64,000 nt of DNA from Podarcis pityusensis (taxonomy: Eukaryota). The first letter of the stretch is position 1; each line of letters begins with the position of its first letter. Position numbers and translations under genes: made by a program. Positions 10,330-56,190 of the stretch are shown piece after piece. The stretch lies in NCBI GenBank assembly GCA_964106645.2, contig OZ067039.1; one strand, 5' to 3'. The notes beneath the pieces are model-generated. The model made no database searches. It was given only the letters and a program-made list of their open reading frames with translations, and was not told the DNA's origin.

Positions 10330-10825
10330 TGTGGCGATCACACACAGGGCCCCCGGACATTTGACGGTCTATTGACCCTGTGCCGCCACTGCGATTGCTT
10401 TTTCCGCTGCCACCACCCCGTATCTCATGGGGACACACGGAGTCCAGTCAGTTGTTAAGATTAACAAATAATCAAGTTTATTTTTAAATGCAGGAACAAG
10501 CTTATGGTTTCAGTTAGTTTTTCTTGACAGTTTCTTAATCTTAGTTCCTAACAACTTCAAACTGATTATTCCAACTATCTATCTGACTCCACCTCACAAT
10601 TCCTCTCACTCTCTCACAATACAACTCTACCAACCCACACCTAAGCCTCCCTCTTCCTTCTTCAACTCCCAAAACTCAACTCTCAACTCAACTAACTTTC
10701 AAAATCTCCCACTCTAACTTTTATTCCCCCCTTGCATTCTCACTGGCCAATCACATCACACCTATTTTAACCCTCACCTATTTTAACCCTTTCCTTATGA
10801 CCCATCCTAGGAGGCAAATGCCACA
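10330..10825 (-). mobile_element. Solo LTR nested in a short DNA-transposon remnant (10321-10928)
   Basis: TGTGGC...GCCACA termini; 5-bp TSD GGGAG (10325-10329, 10826-10830); AATAAA on minus strand. Confidence 0.7.
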
Positions 10826-11498
10826 GGGAGGCAGGGAGGGGCAGCTGTCCCCCCCATCAATAAAAATCAATAAAAATACATAGCAAACTGAGGTACTGCC
10901 CCCCCCCCAAATCCTGGCTACACCCATGCTTCTGGTTGCAGTCTCTCTCTCTCTGCCTCTCTCTCTCTCTCTCTCGGGGGGGGGGGGTGTCTAAGAAGAT
11001 TACCTATATCCATCATGTGGATATATCACTGCAAGTTGTGTATTGGCTCCCTGGGGTTTATGGCACATGGGTATACTCAATCACCACAATTTATTCATTA
11101 TGGTTTGAATCCAAATGTGTCCTTCAACTGATGGCCAGGCTTCCATTAGTGGCCAGCAGGTAAAGCCTTTGCTCCAAGGAGTTTTGGGTGTCCCCCCTCA
11201 TTTATCCTCAAAGCAACCCAGTGAGCTTGTCTCATGGGCAGCCAGTGAAATTTAAAGATTTGAATCTGTATGAGACTCTATCTCATACAGCACACCACGT
11301 GCTGGCATGTTTGCGCTCACAGATAAAATAGCAAAACAAATTGCATGTCTATCTCCCAAACTTGCAGCAAGTAAGTAGTTGGGAGGCATTTTAAGTCCTG
11401 GACAGTTTCTTGGATGTCAAGATAGCATCCATGATACGAGTAATGCCTGTTGGTTGGTTCATCAACTGTATCTTCTTCTAGGAGCAACAATGTAGCTA

Positions 11499-11499
<1 letters not shown>

Positions 11500-11546
<47 letters not shown>

Positions 11547-13305
11547 TATACCCCACGCTTCTGGCTGGGTTTCCCCAGCCACTCTGTGCAGATCACAGCA
11601 TATATCAGAACATTCTAAAACATCAGACATTAAAAACATTTTGATACAGGACTGCCTTCAGTTGTCTTATAAAAGTCAGGTTATTGTTTATTTCCTTGAC
11701 ATCTGGTGGGAAGGTGTTCCACAGGGCAGGCACCACTACCAAGAAGGCCCTCTGCCTGGTTCCCTGTAACCTCACTTCTTGCAGTGAGGGAACTGCCAGA
11801 AGGCCCTCAGAGCTGGAGTTCAGTGTCCGGGCTGAATGATGGGGGTTGAGACGCTCCTTCTGGTATACTGGGCTGAGGCCATTTAGGGCTTTAAAGGTCA
11901 GCACCAATACTTTGAATTGTGCTCGGAAACGTACTGGGAGCCAATGGTCCCCACGCCACTCTGTCACCCGTACAGCTTCCCCATTCTGGATTAGTTGTAG
12001 TTTCTGGGTCACCTTCAAAGGCAGCCCCATGTAGAGTGCATTGCAATAGTCCAATTAGGAGATGCACCACTCTGGCAAGATAGTCTGCGGGCAGATAGGG
12101 TCTCAGCCTGAGTACCGTGGAGCTGGTAGACAGTTGCCCTGGACACAGAATTGACTTGAGCCTCCGTGGTCAGCTGTGAGTCCAAAATGACTCCCAGGCT
12201 GCACACCTGGACCATCAGGGAAAGAGTTACCCCTTTCAGGACCAGGGAGTCTGCCCACACCCGAGCCCCCAAAACAGTACTTCTGTCTTGTCAGGATTCA
12301 ACCTCAATCTGTTAACCACCATCCATCCTCCAGCCGCCTCCAGACACTCACACAGGACCTTCACTGCCTTCCTGGTTCAGATTTGAAAGAGAGGTAGAGC
12401 TGGGTATCATCCACATACAGGTGAATGCCCAGCCCAACCCCCCTGGTGATCTCTCCCACCAGCTTCATATAGATGTTGAAAAGCATGGGGGAGAGGACGG
12501 AACCCTGAGGAACCCCACAAATGAGAGCCCAGGGGTCTGAACATTCATCCCCCAACACCACTTTCTGGACATGGCCCAGGAGGAAGGAGCTGAACTACTG
12601 TACAACAGAAGATTTGAGACTGGGTGGTAGTTGATCATATTGGCTGGGTCCAAATATGTTTTGTTTTTTTAAGAAGTGGTTTAATAACAGCTTCTTGAAG
12701 CAGCTCTGGGAAGACTCTTTCACAGAGGGAGGCATTCACCACCCTGTGGAGCCCATCACCCAGCCCTTCCCAGCTCACTCTTATGAGCTAGGATGGGCAA
12801 GGATCAAGAAACAGGTGGACGGTTTCACTCATCCAAGCACCCTGTCCACATCCTTGGATTGGAATAGATTGGAATTGATCCCACACAATTTGACCAGACA
12901 GGACTCTAGCACTCTCCCGCCCCAGCCCCTCTACCACAGTGGAATCTACCTCTTCCCGAATCTGAGCAACTTTATCTGCAAAAAACTTTGCCAAACCATT
13001 TCAGGAGATCTTTGGGTCTTCACCAGACCCCAATGATGAAGGTGGTTCTGTTAGATTGTAGACCACCTGAAAGAGTCTCCTGCTGCTGTTTTCTGCTGAT
13101 GCAATAGAGGCGGCAATGAAAGTCCTCTTCCACTTGGTATTGCCACTTGGTATGCTCGATGTGGAGCTCTAACCCATGTTCGGTCAGATTCAGAATGACT
13201 TTTCCTCCACCAGCACTCTAGCCATCTCAGTGATTGTTTCATCACCCTCAGTTCCAAGGAAAACCATGTGGCTCTCAGGGCTCCATGCAGTCGGAGAGGG
13301 CGCTT
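11500..13305 (-). mobile_element. L2/CR1-group LINE 3' portion, degenerate RT
   Basis: Fragments GVPQGSVLSPMLFNIYM, HLYVDDTQLY, DYCNALYMGLPLK, HWLPVRFRAQFK; (TTA)n tail at 11500-11541. Confidence 0.9.
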
Positions 13306-14430
13306 CTATACTGTCATTCACAGTATAGTAAACCTTTCTTTGGGACTACTACAATATGCTTTATGTATGTCTGATTTTGAAGGGTGTTCAGTATACTGTG
13401 ACCCGGTTGTTGATTTCAGCCAATCGCCGTAATACAATCGCCACATGTTTCTCTTATGCAACATGATTGTAGCATAGCATTTTTAATGCTGCCCAAGATT
13501 AGCAAAATGAAAATGAGCACACTGTGAGAAAAGAAAGTTGTTTCTTTCTTTGGCTGTTATTGGGGGGGAGAGAGAGAGAGAGAGAAAAGGAGCATGTCAT
13601 TTTAAAAGATGCAACTTAATGTGGATATTGGTAGGAAACTGGAGTGTCAGTTATTAAAATAAACCACCATGGGACAAACAAGCAAGAGTTAGATAAAAGA
13701 TTTTATCACAAAGTGACGCTTAAGAAAAAATGATGATACTAAACAAAAGAAATGGTTATGATAGTTCACGTAGCATGAGTGGAAGGCAGGTTCGTAGGAG
13801 CTAACGGAACCTCATTCTTAGAAGTTGCCCCACTGATTTTACACGTATAAGCAAACTAAGAATTAGTAATTGGACTCGCCGTATCAGCCAGAATACATGG
13901 GGTGGAAAGTTGTAGCATGAATTAGTTGTCTCTTCAAGTGGTGCTAATTATTAGCAACTTGGGCTTCTGATGCTCAGTGCAATATAACTACCACTATTTA
14001 AAAAAATGGTAAAACTAATGTGTCATCAGATATCACTCGCTAACGGTAGAGAAAGATTTGTAGACACAGATCCATCTAAAGCTGAGCACCATCTGTATGG
14101 GTAAGGGATATGTGTGATCCCTTAGAAAGCAAATTTTAAAGGCTGGAATAAAGCTATAGTCAGGTCTTTGTAGATGTGAAAAATTAGTAACATAAGAGAA
14201 CTGATGGGTCAACCAAAGGCCAATCTAGCCTAACAGTCTGTTTCCCATAGTTGCCAATCAGGTGCCTATGGAAAACCCATGAGCAGGTATGAGACAATAG
14301 TTAGTTGACATCCATTTGTCTTGGGGGACAATGGAGGAGTGCGCCTTTGGGGGTGAAGTCAAACTATTGGAAGGTTACAATGTGTCAGTAACTGGTATAC
14401 AAAAGCATGGCGCCTCTGATTTTGAAGGTG

Positions 14431-14565
14431 GGGCGGGAGAGCTCAGCTGGTAGACCATGAGACTCTTAATCTCGATCTGCCTCATGTTGCACAAAAAGAT
14501 TCCTGCATTGCAAGGGGTTGGACTAGGATGACCTTTGTGGTTTCTTCCAACTTGACAATTCTATG
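14431..14565 (+). mobile_element. tRNA-Lys-derived SINE with CR1-like tail (degenerate)
   Basis: AGCTCAG..GGTAGA.CATGAGACTCTTAATCTC (tRNA-Lys CTT arm) followed by TTCCTGCATTGCA.GGGGTTGGACTAG. Confidence 0.65.
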
Positions 14566-15037
14566 GCCCATGAGGCAAGGTGAGGCAACTACCTCGCGTA
14601 GCAGGGACCACAGGGGCAGAAGATCTAGCCTCCAATGAATGCATCACACAGTGCAGCTGGCGTGGCAGGAGTGTCAGAGACTGTTGTGACACTCCTTGGG
14701 AGGTTGGATACATCACCTCAACTGCTTGCAATGCTCCCCACTAGGAGGGGAGAGAGACCATCACCAGAGCCTCCTTTTTGCGAGGCCACTATGCAATGCT
14801 GCTGATCTCCCATCCCCAGGAGGAAATGGCAGAGGCTGTCCTCTGGGGTCTCCTGGGCTCTGCAACCACCCGGCATGATTCAGACTGGGCCTCTTTTTCC
14901 TTCGCAAAGGCCTTTGATTCCCACTTCAGCTGCTGGGCAAGAATGATTTGATTCCCCCACCGCATGTTTCTTGTGTAGATCTTTGCTCACTGGCATTTTC
15001 TGATTCACCTCAGGTGCCAAAATGTCTTGGGTCAGCT

Positions 15038-16457
15038 CCATTTCAGTCCAGATTCCGTCCTGGTTTTGGGACGGAGACGGCTCTGATCGCCCTAACAGAT
15101 GATCTCCGCAGACAACTGGATCAAGGCGGGTCGGGACTGCTGATTCTCTTAGATTTGTCAGCAGCCTTTGACATGGTCGATCATGATCTTCTGGACCACC
15201 GCCTCGCCGACGTGGGGATACAGGGCATAACCCGTAAATGGCTGTGCTCTTTTATCTCTGGTCGGGGACAGAGGGTGGCGCTAGGGAGGGAGTTGTCGTC
15301 GCACCACTCCTTGGTGTGTGGAGTGCCACAGGGCGCAATCCTCTCCCTGATGCTTTTTAACATCTTTATGCGCCCCCTTGCCCAGATTGTCTGGAGCTTT
15401 GGGCTGGGTTGTCACCAATATGCTGATGACACTCAGCTCTATCTGCTGATGGATGGCCATACTGACTCGGCCCCGGACACACTGAGCAGATGTTTGGAAG
15501 CTGTGGCTGGTTTTGTGGGAGCCGATTGAAACTAAATCCTTCGAAAACAGAGGTCCTCTTGCTGGGTCGGGATGGCATGGGGATGAGGGACCAACTCCCT
15601 TCTCTTGCGGGGGCCCAATTAGTGCCATTGCCTTCTGTTAAGAGTTTGGGTGTAATCCTTGACACCTCCTTTTCCATGGAGGCGCAGGTTACAGCAACAG
15701 CCAAGGCGACATTTTTCCACCTTCGCCGCATCAAGCAGTTGGTCCCTTACCTTTCCTGCCCCGACCTGGCCACAGTGATCCATGCGACGGTCACCTCCAG
15801 GCTTCACTACTGTAATTTGATCTACGCGGGGCTGCCCTTGAAGCTGTCCCAGAAACTCCAGCAGGTGCAGAATGCTGCAGCGAGGCTCCTCACGGGGTCT
15901 CTGCCATGGGAGCATATTCATCCAGTGCTTTTCCAGCTGCACTGGCTCCTGGTGGAGTACAGGGTCAGATTAAGGTGCTGGTTTTGACCTTTAAAGCCCT
16001 TCACGGCCCAGGACCTCGTACCTACGGGACCGCCTCTCCTGGTATGCCCCACGGAGGACTTTAAGGTCCATAAATAGCAACACCCTAGAGGTCCCAGGCC
16101 CTAAGGAAGTTAGATTAGCCTCAACCAGAGCCAGGGTCTTTTCAACACTGGCTCCGGCCTAGTGGAACGCTCTGTCTCATGAGACCAGGGCCCTGTGGGA
16201 TCTGATTTCTTTCTGCAGGGCCTGTAAGACAGAGTCGTTCCACCTGGTCTTTGGCTTAGAATCAGTTTGATTCCCTCCCCCTCTTTCTTTTTCCTTTCTC
16301 CTCCTGTGAAGAGACTGCATCTTAATGTTTTAATGTTGCATTTTAATCTTGTTTTTTAAATTGTATTTTAATCAACTTGTTTTTATTATTGGTTGTTAGC
16401 CGCCCTGAGCCCGGTCTTGGCTGGGGAGGGCGGGGTATAAATAAAATTTATTATTAT
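15038..16457 (+). mobile_element. L2/CR1-group LINE, 5'-truncated, RT largely readable
   Basis: FQSRFRPGFGTETAL, LDLSAAFD, GVPQGAILS, YADDTQLY; frameshift near 15520; AATAAA plus (TTA)n tail. Confidence 0.92.
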
Positions 16458-17564
16458 AGTAGTATTATTATGGTGGCAAGTAGACATAATGCTGATCATC
16501 CACACTGGAGTTTTAATGTGGATTTCAAGATGGAGAGGGGGAATTTCCACAACATCCTCTCGATCCAAGTGGACACCTGTACCGTCTCCCCACTAAACTT
16601 GATTTTCCCAAGTTAAGGATAACTTAACACCCACGTTGCTCGACTGGATGTACTGAAGTGAATTGTATAGGCAGGTTTTTTCTTTCTTTCTTGTTCTAAA
16701 GATGTATAGTGACATTTCGCTTGGTGCTATTATCACACACCCAACTTCAATTTTGTTTCTATCAGCCCAAAGGAAAGGAGGCAGTTTGCACTTCTGTTGC
16801 TGTTGAAGGAATGTTCACAGTATTTTTAAAGCATCTGCTTTTGCACAGAACAGCTACATTAACAACAAACATAAAATTTACTCTTGCAGGTATGAGAGGC
16901 AGGAAAGGAGCGGGAGAAGGAAGTGGCAGTCTTTCATGGGAGTGATGCCACTGGAGCAACACACAACTATACACATGTAAGTATATTATTTTTGAGTGTA
17001 AATCTGATTTCCAACTTATGCTGGGTGGGGAAATACTGAGATCCTCAAATGTCTGGCCACCTCTCTTAATATGGAAGTTGCTAATTTGGGTTGCTCTTTT
17101 TCACACCTTTCTCCATTCTGCAATATCCTTTTCAAGTGTGATGGTCAGAACTATAGAGTCTTCTAAGTGTGTTACATGCTTCAACTAAAACCACCTGATT
17201 CAAAGGAGGCCCCTTATTCATAAGCAGCCTGGTTTGGGGGAGGGGGCAGTCCACACCTTTTGATGCCAGAATTTCCTGGGGCCGGCAGATAGTTCAATTG
17301 TCCCCTATGATTCCACAGGCAATGGAGTTATTACTGAGGGTATGCTGAACAAAAAGGGGAAAATTGTACAGAAAGGCTTGGCTTTCCTAAGTCAGGCCTA
17401 CACAGGGGGAGAAACTATTTCAGAAGTACATGTTGAGCCTCATCCTTGGTGGAGTTTTGGGCACGTCAGCCCACTGGAGGTCAAAGTAGAGGAGTAACCA
17501 ACATGGTGCCCTTCAGGTTTTGGGACAAGTCACACTTGGCCACCAACCAAGCAATATTACATGC

Positions 17565-17891
17565 CAGTGCCGTATTAAACCCTGTGAGAGGCCCCTAGGC
17601 AGTCTAAATCTCAGGGGGCCTCTCACAAATTATCTCAAAGCTTCTACTCAACTACTTGTGAATATTCTAGTAGGATCTGGCGTCTGTGGGAACTCACCAC
17701 ACACTAACTCACAGAAAGCTTCATATCAGGTTTCTCGTATGCGCACTCTAGAGGGATCACATTGAACATAAGAAATTGTAATTTTCGTTCAAGATCAAAT
17801 ATTATTTTGATCCGTTGTTGCAGGGCCCCTAAAAGGTGTGGGGTCAATAGGCTGCTGCTGCTTACTCTGCCTACTTGGTAATCTGGCACGG
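17565..17891. mobile_element. hAT-type MITE
   Basis: Imperfect TIR CAGTGCC..ATTA; degenerate 8-bp TSD. Confidence 0.55.
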
Positions 17892-19425
17892 GTACAAGCA
17901 CCAATCAGCCAGAAAACCCTCTTACTTGTGAGCAGGCACCAATCGCACCAAGAAAGATCAACTCAGATGAAGGAAAAATATATACAATCAGACCAGGCAG
18001 GTACTAACCAGCCTCCCTGGCCTGAGGGGTGATTGGTCCTATAGTAGGTCTGCTCCTACAGACTTAGACGAAAGAAAGCATTCCATATGGCTGGAAACTG
18101 ACAGATTCTGCTGTAATACATGGAATAACTCGCAAGTAAGGACACATGCAAGGTCTGGAACTGTCCCTGATATGAAGCTAAAACATGCCCAACATTCAGT
18201 TGCCTGCCTTACTGTTTAGTTTGGTTAACAGTCTTGCCTGCCTAGGAAAGTAGTTTGATGGTGGGAGTAAGTAATGTAAGAAGCAGGGATAGTCCACTCT
18301 AACTTTCCCCTTCCATTTTTGATTTATAAGGATGATCTCAGAAGTATATTTTAGGAAGTACACAGTTAATACAAAGGGTTTTTTTTAAAGAGTAATTCAG
18401 AACAATGGAACATTTTTTAAAATAGTCTGTATCAGTTCACAGGATGAAATTTTTGCATGAAAAATTGCACCCAAGTGCCTGTTGCTAAGTATCGTTTCAT
18501 GTTAGCATGCACAGTATCTTGTAATCAGTGGTTAAATTTTGAAACCATGTGTTTCAATTCTTATTTTAGATATATACCACAGGAAGTTTTAAAGTATAAG
18601 CAAATGTTGTGGGCATTCAATAAGCTCACCATGACAGAATGAAACACATTAAGGAGAAATGCAAAGAAACGATACCACAAAATATCCAAATTATTATTAT
18701 TAATGCCAAATGGGTCAAAGTTTGATAGAATGAAAAAGCTATTGAGAATTAGTTGACAAGTATTGCATTGTATGTTATAAAATGGTATGGTATCGGTGGC
18801 AGACCTTGGTGTCTCAGATTTCAGGTGTGCCCTGTGTGACACCCTCTACTGCTTCTCACTTTCTGTTGGATTTCATAGTTGCAGTGCCTGCTGCAGTACC
18901 CCAGAAGCTCTGCAGCCAGTGCCACCAAACCGGTCGTGCTCCCCTAGATCCACCTTTGATAACAGGATGGAATATAGAAAGTTGTCTGCATTAGATCTTT
19001 CAGCTGAGTGCTGACTACAATAACTGGCAGTGAGTCCCCAGGGTTTCAGGCAGGAGTCTTTCCCAGCCCTATCTGGAGATGCCAGAGACTGCAGAGAACA
19101 ATGGCAGGTTCTCTACCAGTGAGCCATGTTAAATGTTTCCCTGAAACACAATACATTACTATGTGTAGCGCATCAGAGTAGCAAGCAGAGGGCTACACTT
19201 TTAGCTTTGCCCCAACACCCCCAGTAATTACATGTTGTACACAGTTGTCTAAGCAGAAAGCACAAAGCTTGAGCTCCTTCCTGCTCATGAGTAAGGGTTT
19301 TGTGTGATTTGGGTATCCCAATTGCACAGAGTTCACACACTGGGCATTCTGCTCATGCAACTTTGCACTATAGCGGCAATTTAGAGGGCAGAGATAGAGG
19401 TGCATCGCTGCTCCTTGGTCTACAC

Positions 19426-19561
19426 CAGGCATCCCCAAATTCGGCCCTCCAGATGTTTTGGGACTACAACTCCCATCATCCCTAGCTAACGGGACCAATG
19501 GTCAGGGATGATGCGAATTGTAGTTCCAAAACATCTGGATGGCCGAGTTTGGGGATGCCTG
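19426..19561. mobile_element. Palindromic hAT-type MITE
   Basis: Near-perfect fold-back; 8-bp TSD GTCTACAC; sibling at 39775-39886. Confidence 0.85.
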
Positions 19562-19758
19562 GTCTACACACTTAGAGGACTCACACATGAGAAATATTGA
19601 AAGAAGGCTTAGCTTTTAGAACACCACATTTCTGTGCTCAGAATTTTAATCTCAATTTCCCCTCTTTTTAATAATACAACTGTTTAACAGAAATCAACCA
19701 GCTACACATGCAGCAAAAAGTCTCCATCAGCAAGCATCTGATGCTATCCAAAAGCAAT

Positions 19759-19764
19759 TTTATT
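19759..19764 (-). terminator. RAD50 polyadenylation signal
   Basis: AATAAA about 55 nt after the stop codon. Confidence 0.55.
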
Positions 19765-19817
19765 TTCACTCTATTATGTTTTGGATAAGTCCCATATCAC
19801 AAAAGCATTTGCAAACT

Positions 19818-52447
<32,630 letters not shown>

Positions 52448-53329
52448 TTACTCTTACTTTCTTCCTAGACAAGAATAAGAAATTGTAATGAATAATTAAA
52501 GAAAGCAGCAAATTCCTTTTCTATATCTTTATAGGTAGTTAAAATACTGACACGATGCTTTTGTTATGATATATCATCCTTCAGCTAATTTTCATTCCCA
52601 GATCAGAAGACAGACTAGATCAGATTTATTGGATCAGATCAGAAAAATCAGATTTTGTGAGTAGGAAACCTCAGGCAGGCCTAGGGGGCAAATTTGGCTC
52701 TCCATGCCTCTCTATTGGGCCTTCAGATGTACATCAATAGCCTTGCCCTGCACCCTCCACTGTTGTTTTTGCTTGGCTAGATAGAACTATAAAAATATTT
52801 CTTGCTTGCCTGTAAGAGGGATTTGTGAGTGGGGTGTAGAATCTAGCCTACTGTATGTAGATAACATTCACTGCCATTGAGCCATCCACTTTGACCTCTG
52901 ACCTTGCCCACTTTCACTTCTGGACCTGCCAACCATTGGCATGTGGCCCCAAATGGTTGCCCAGAAGCGAATGCAGCCTTCACTGCAACCCCCTGCAATG
53001 CAGGCATTCACCGAGGGCTTCAAACCACGAACATTCAGGCACACTAACCCATGCTGAAATACAACTGGTTTTTTTATTTGTGGGTTATGGCCTGCTCTCA
53101 GTTCACAGCCCAACCCAAGCTGGGTTACACCACCATCACTACACGATCATTTCTCTCTCTTTTTAATGCTGTTCCTTCTTTAAAAGAAGCAGGGGGGCAG
53201 AAGAGAGAAGGCATGAGAAATAAATTCAGGAAGAGCGATCAGGGAAAACTCGTCAGTGAAAACTGGTCCTATCTTTCTCACTGGAGGTGGAAGATGGCTT
53301 CTAATACTCTTCTGGCAGGATTTACGGCA

Positions 53330-54300
53330 AGTGAGCCCCTGATCTACCCACTATTAAGAGATAAGGAGGAGGAGGAGGCCTCCTCACCGCCCCCAGTGAC
53401 TCATCCGCCGCAGCGTGGCCTCCAACCCCGCTGGGGAGGAAGCCACGGCTTCGAGGAATCTCATTCTAGGAACTCAGGAGGAGGAGGAGGAGCGCCAGGG
53501 AACTGCAGCCGCAGGAGGAACCGTAAAGCCGGGAGGGACCCCCAAAGGTCATCCAGCCCAACCCTCTGCAGCGCGGGGGGGAGGGGGCGCTCCGAGAGTG
53601 ACTGGGCTTTTAAGGGGCTAGAAGGAAGGACCCCGTGGCCACGGGAGAGGGAGAAGCCGCGGCTGCTGGGATACTCCTCAGCCCCTCACAGAAGCACCTG
53701 AGAGGCGGACGAGCCTCGGTCTCCACCCAAGAAAACGGTTCTCCGCGAAGGGAAAGCGCCGCCTCCGCTTCCCGCCCCAACAGGCCGCCCTCACCTCACG
53801 TCCCAGAAGCCACAAGGCTTTCGCGCCAATGGCAGAAAGCGCCGCCCGGCCGACGTCATCGGCATCGCGGGAGGCCCCGCCCCCATCTCCAACATAGAGA
53901 TAGGAAAGGGCTAGAGGCGCGCGCCGTCGCTGGCTCCTCCTTCCCGCTGAACTGCTCTACCCCACACCCACCTTCTCGCCCGCAACGTAGGAGGGATATT
54001 AGAGGGCGGCGGTAGGGGCGGCTTCCGCACAGAGCTAGGAAAGTATAGAGAAGGGGGCTGCCGGGAGCTCGTGCAGCGAGAGGGGACTTACGAGGCCCCC
54101 CTGCCGCTCTCCCGCCCTGGCCCTGAGGAGAGAAAAACCGCCCACGGTAAAAGCACGCGGAGAGACCCGCTTCCCGGTGCCGCCGGCCAGAGACTTACGT
54201 TGCAGCCTGACGACGCGGGCCTCAATTTCCGGTTCTTTTAGATAATTCTCCGCCCCTCTCCTGGAGGAAGTGAGGAAATACAATCGGGAGGTTTTGCGCA
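53330..54300. promoter_or_regulatory. CpG-island promoter of RAD50, with probable non-coding first exon
   Basis: High GC and CpG density; CCAAT 53826-53830, GACGTCA ~53852-53858, GC box ~53876-53884, ETS-like GGAA sites; minus-strand donor GAG|GTGAGG at 53795/53794. Confidence 0.85.
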
Positions 54301-55927
54301 GTTACAAAGCGGGGCAAGACAAAAATTGACATCTGCCCCTCCCCTCTGGTTTGTATTTTTAAGCCACGCTCCTTGGAGCGCAGGAAGACCAGTGCAAGCT
54401 TTATCGTCGGTCAACTCCTGTTCTGCTTCACATTTCTGTACTTGAGCCTATATTGTTTTTGTTCTTTTGCAATACTAAATGTGCATGTGATCTAGTCCTG
54501 CTGAATGCAGAACCCTTACCCTCCAACTCTCATAATTCTACAGGGATAATGGACTGTAAGGGTTTTGGCAGAGAAACTTTTAAAATGTTTAAAACTATTC
54601 CTTTGCTAGTCCTGGTGTCATCTTCACACCATACACTGAAGGCTCTCTTACACTACTAAAAGTTAAGGCTTCCCCCAAAGAATTCTTAGAACTGTAGTCT
54701 GCTAAGCGTGTTGGGAATTATAGCTCTGAGAGGGGTCTCCAAACAACTCCCAACACCCTCAGCGAAGTAGAGCTCCCATGATTATTTAGAGGAAGCCATG
54801 GCAATCAAAGTGGTATAAGATGTTTTACATGAATGGGTGCAATGTTCTCATGGAGTTATTTTTCTTTTGTTACACTCTAAGATTGAACGTTTGATTTTTC
54901 TAGTCAATTTTCCAGCAAATAATGCAAGGCATAAGGTATCCATACCATAGATGTTCTAAAGCAATGGCACTGCAATCCATAGAGACTTGTGTCCCAAATA
55001 CAAAAAGTTGCACATATCACTTAGGGTTTCTGTGTGAACATTGTCATATCAAGGGTAGCAGCATAATACAGGAAGGAAATGGCTCTACCCCCACCATCTA
55101 TGGAACCCTGTCCTATTGAATTGGCCATGTCTCATTTTCACCTGGCAAACAAAAGAGAGACTATTCTGGAAATTTATTGGACTGTCTTGTTTGTGCAACA
55201 TATTTTGTTGGTGAATTCTTTTTGCCACCAAAAGTGCCATATCAATTTGCTGGATTATATTTAGTTAAAGCAAAGCAAGCAGGAATTCAGAATACCTTAG
55301 AGAGCAGCATTTTGGCTTTCACGCTTTCTATGTAGCAGCCCAAATGCTACATGTATTGTGTACATAGAAACATTCAGTTCACCCATTTGTCTTTTCTCTG
55401 AATGGCATGCACCAGTCAAAATTTACCAGCTCCTGGGAATAATCCAGTGACTCAAACAAAGAAGGCAATTAGTCAGTTAATTCAAATGGGAATTTTTTTT
55501 TTTAATGTCACAATCAGGTATTATGATCAGTCACTAGGGATTGGGCAGTTGCTGAGTGAGCAACAATATATCAGTGTGAGCAGGTTCCTCATTTACTTTA
55601 ATATAATTCCCCCCTGCACATTTTTGTAAATGTATAACTCAATCTACTTTCCAACCACATCCTGAAGAATCGATACTCCATTTTCGCTGACACAGTGAAT
55701 GCTCATATTCTTAGAAACAATTATTTCATACATCTATGGGGAAATTGATAATAAGTAGACCAGTTATCAAGTCATTTATGGTATACTTATTATTTTTCAA
55801 CTTTTGGGTAGTAGCATTTATATCTACAGAAATGGACATGGTAATGGGGTATGGGCAAAACTGAACTCTGTTTGAATAAAAAGGAAATTCCAGCCCACCT
55901 TCAGTATCAATTTAATGCTGGTGCTAT

Positions 55928-56190
55928 GACCCGGGTGGCACTGTGGTCTAAACCACTGAGCCTAGGGCTTGCCGATCGGAAAGCCGGTGGTTCAAATCCC
56001 ACCTAGCAGTTCGAAAGCATGTCAAAGTGCAAGTAGATAAATAGGTACTGCTCCGGCGGGAAGGTAAATGGTGTTTCCATGTGCTGCTCTGGTTTCGCCA
56101 GAAGCGGCTTAGTCATGCTGGCCACATGACCCGGAAAAACTGTCTGTCTGTCCCTCGGCCAGTAAAGCGAGATGAGCACCGCAACCTTTT
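55928..56190 (+). mobile_element. Sauria SINE with internal deletions
   Basis: Homology to the 57544 copy. Confidence 0.8.

Noticed and set aside
14431-14480. tRNA-Lys(CTT) gene
   Set aside because: The T-arm/B-box is deleted and a CR1-like tail follows, so it is a SINE head rather than a functional tRNA.
53051-53701. 216-aa plus-strand ORF with a hydrophobic N-terminus, considered as an IL5-like or divergent gene
   Set aside because: It runs into the GC-rich CpG island, has low-complexity G/R/P/E composition and shows no cytokine exon pattern. Long ORFs are expected by chance in such sequence.
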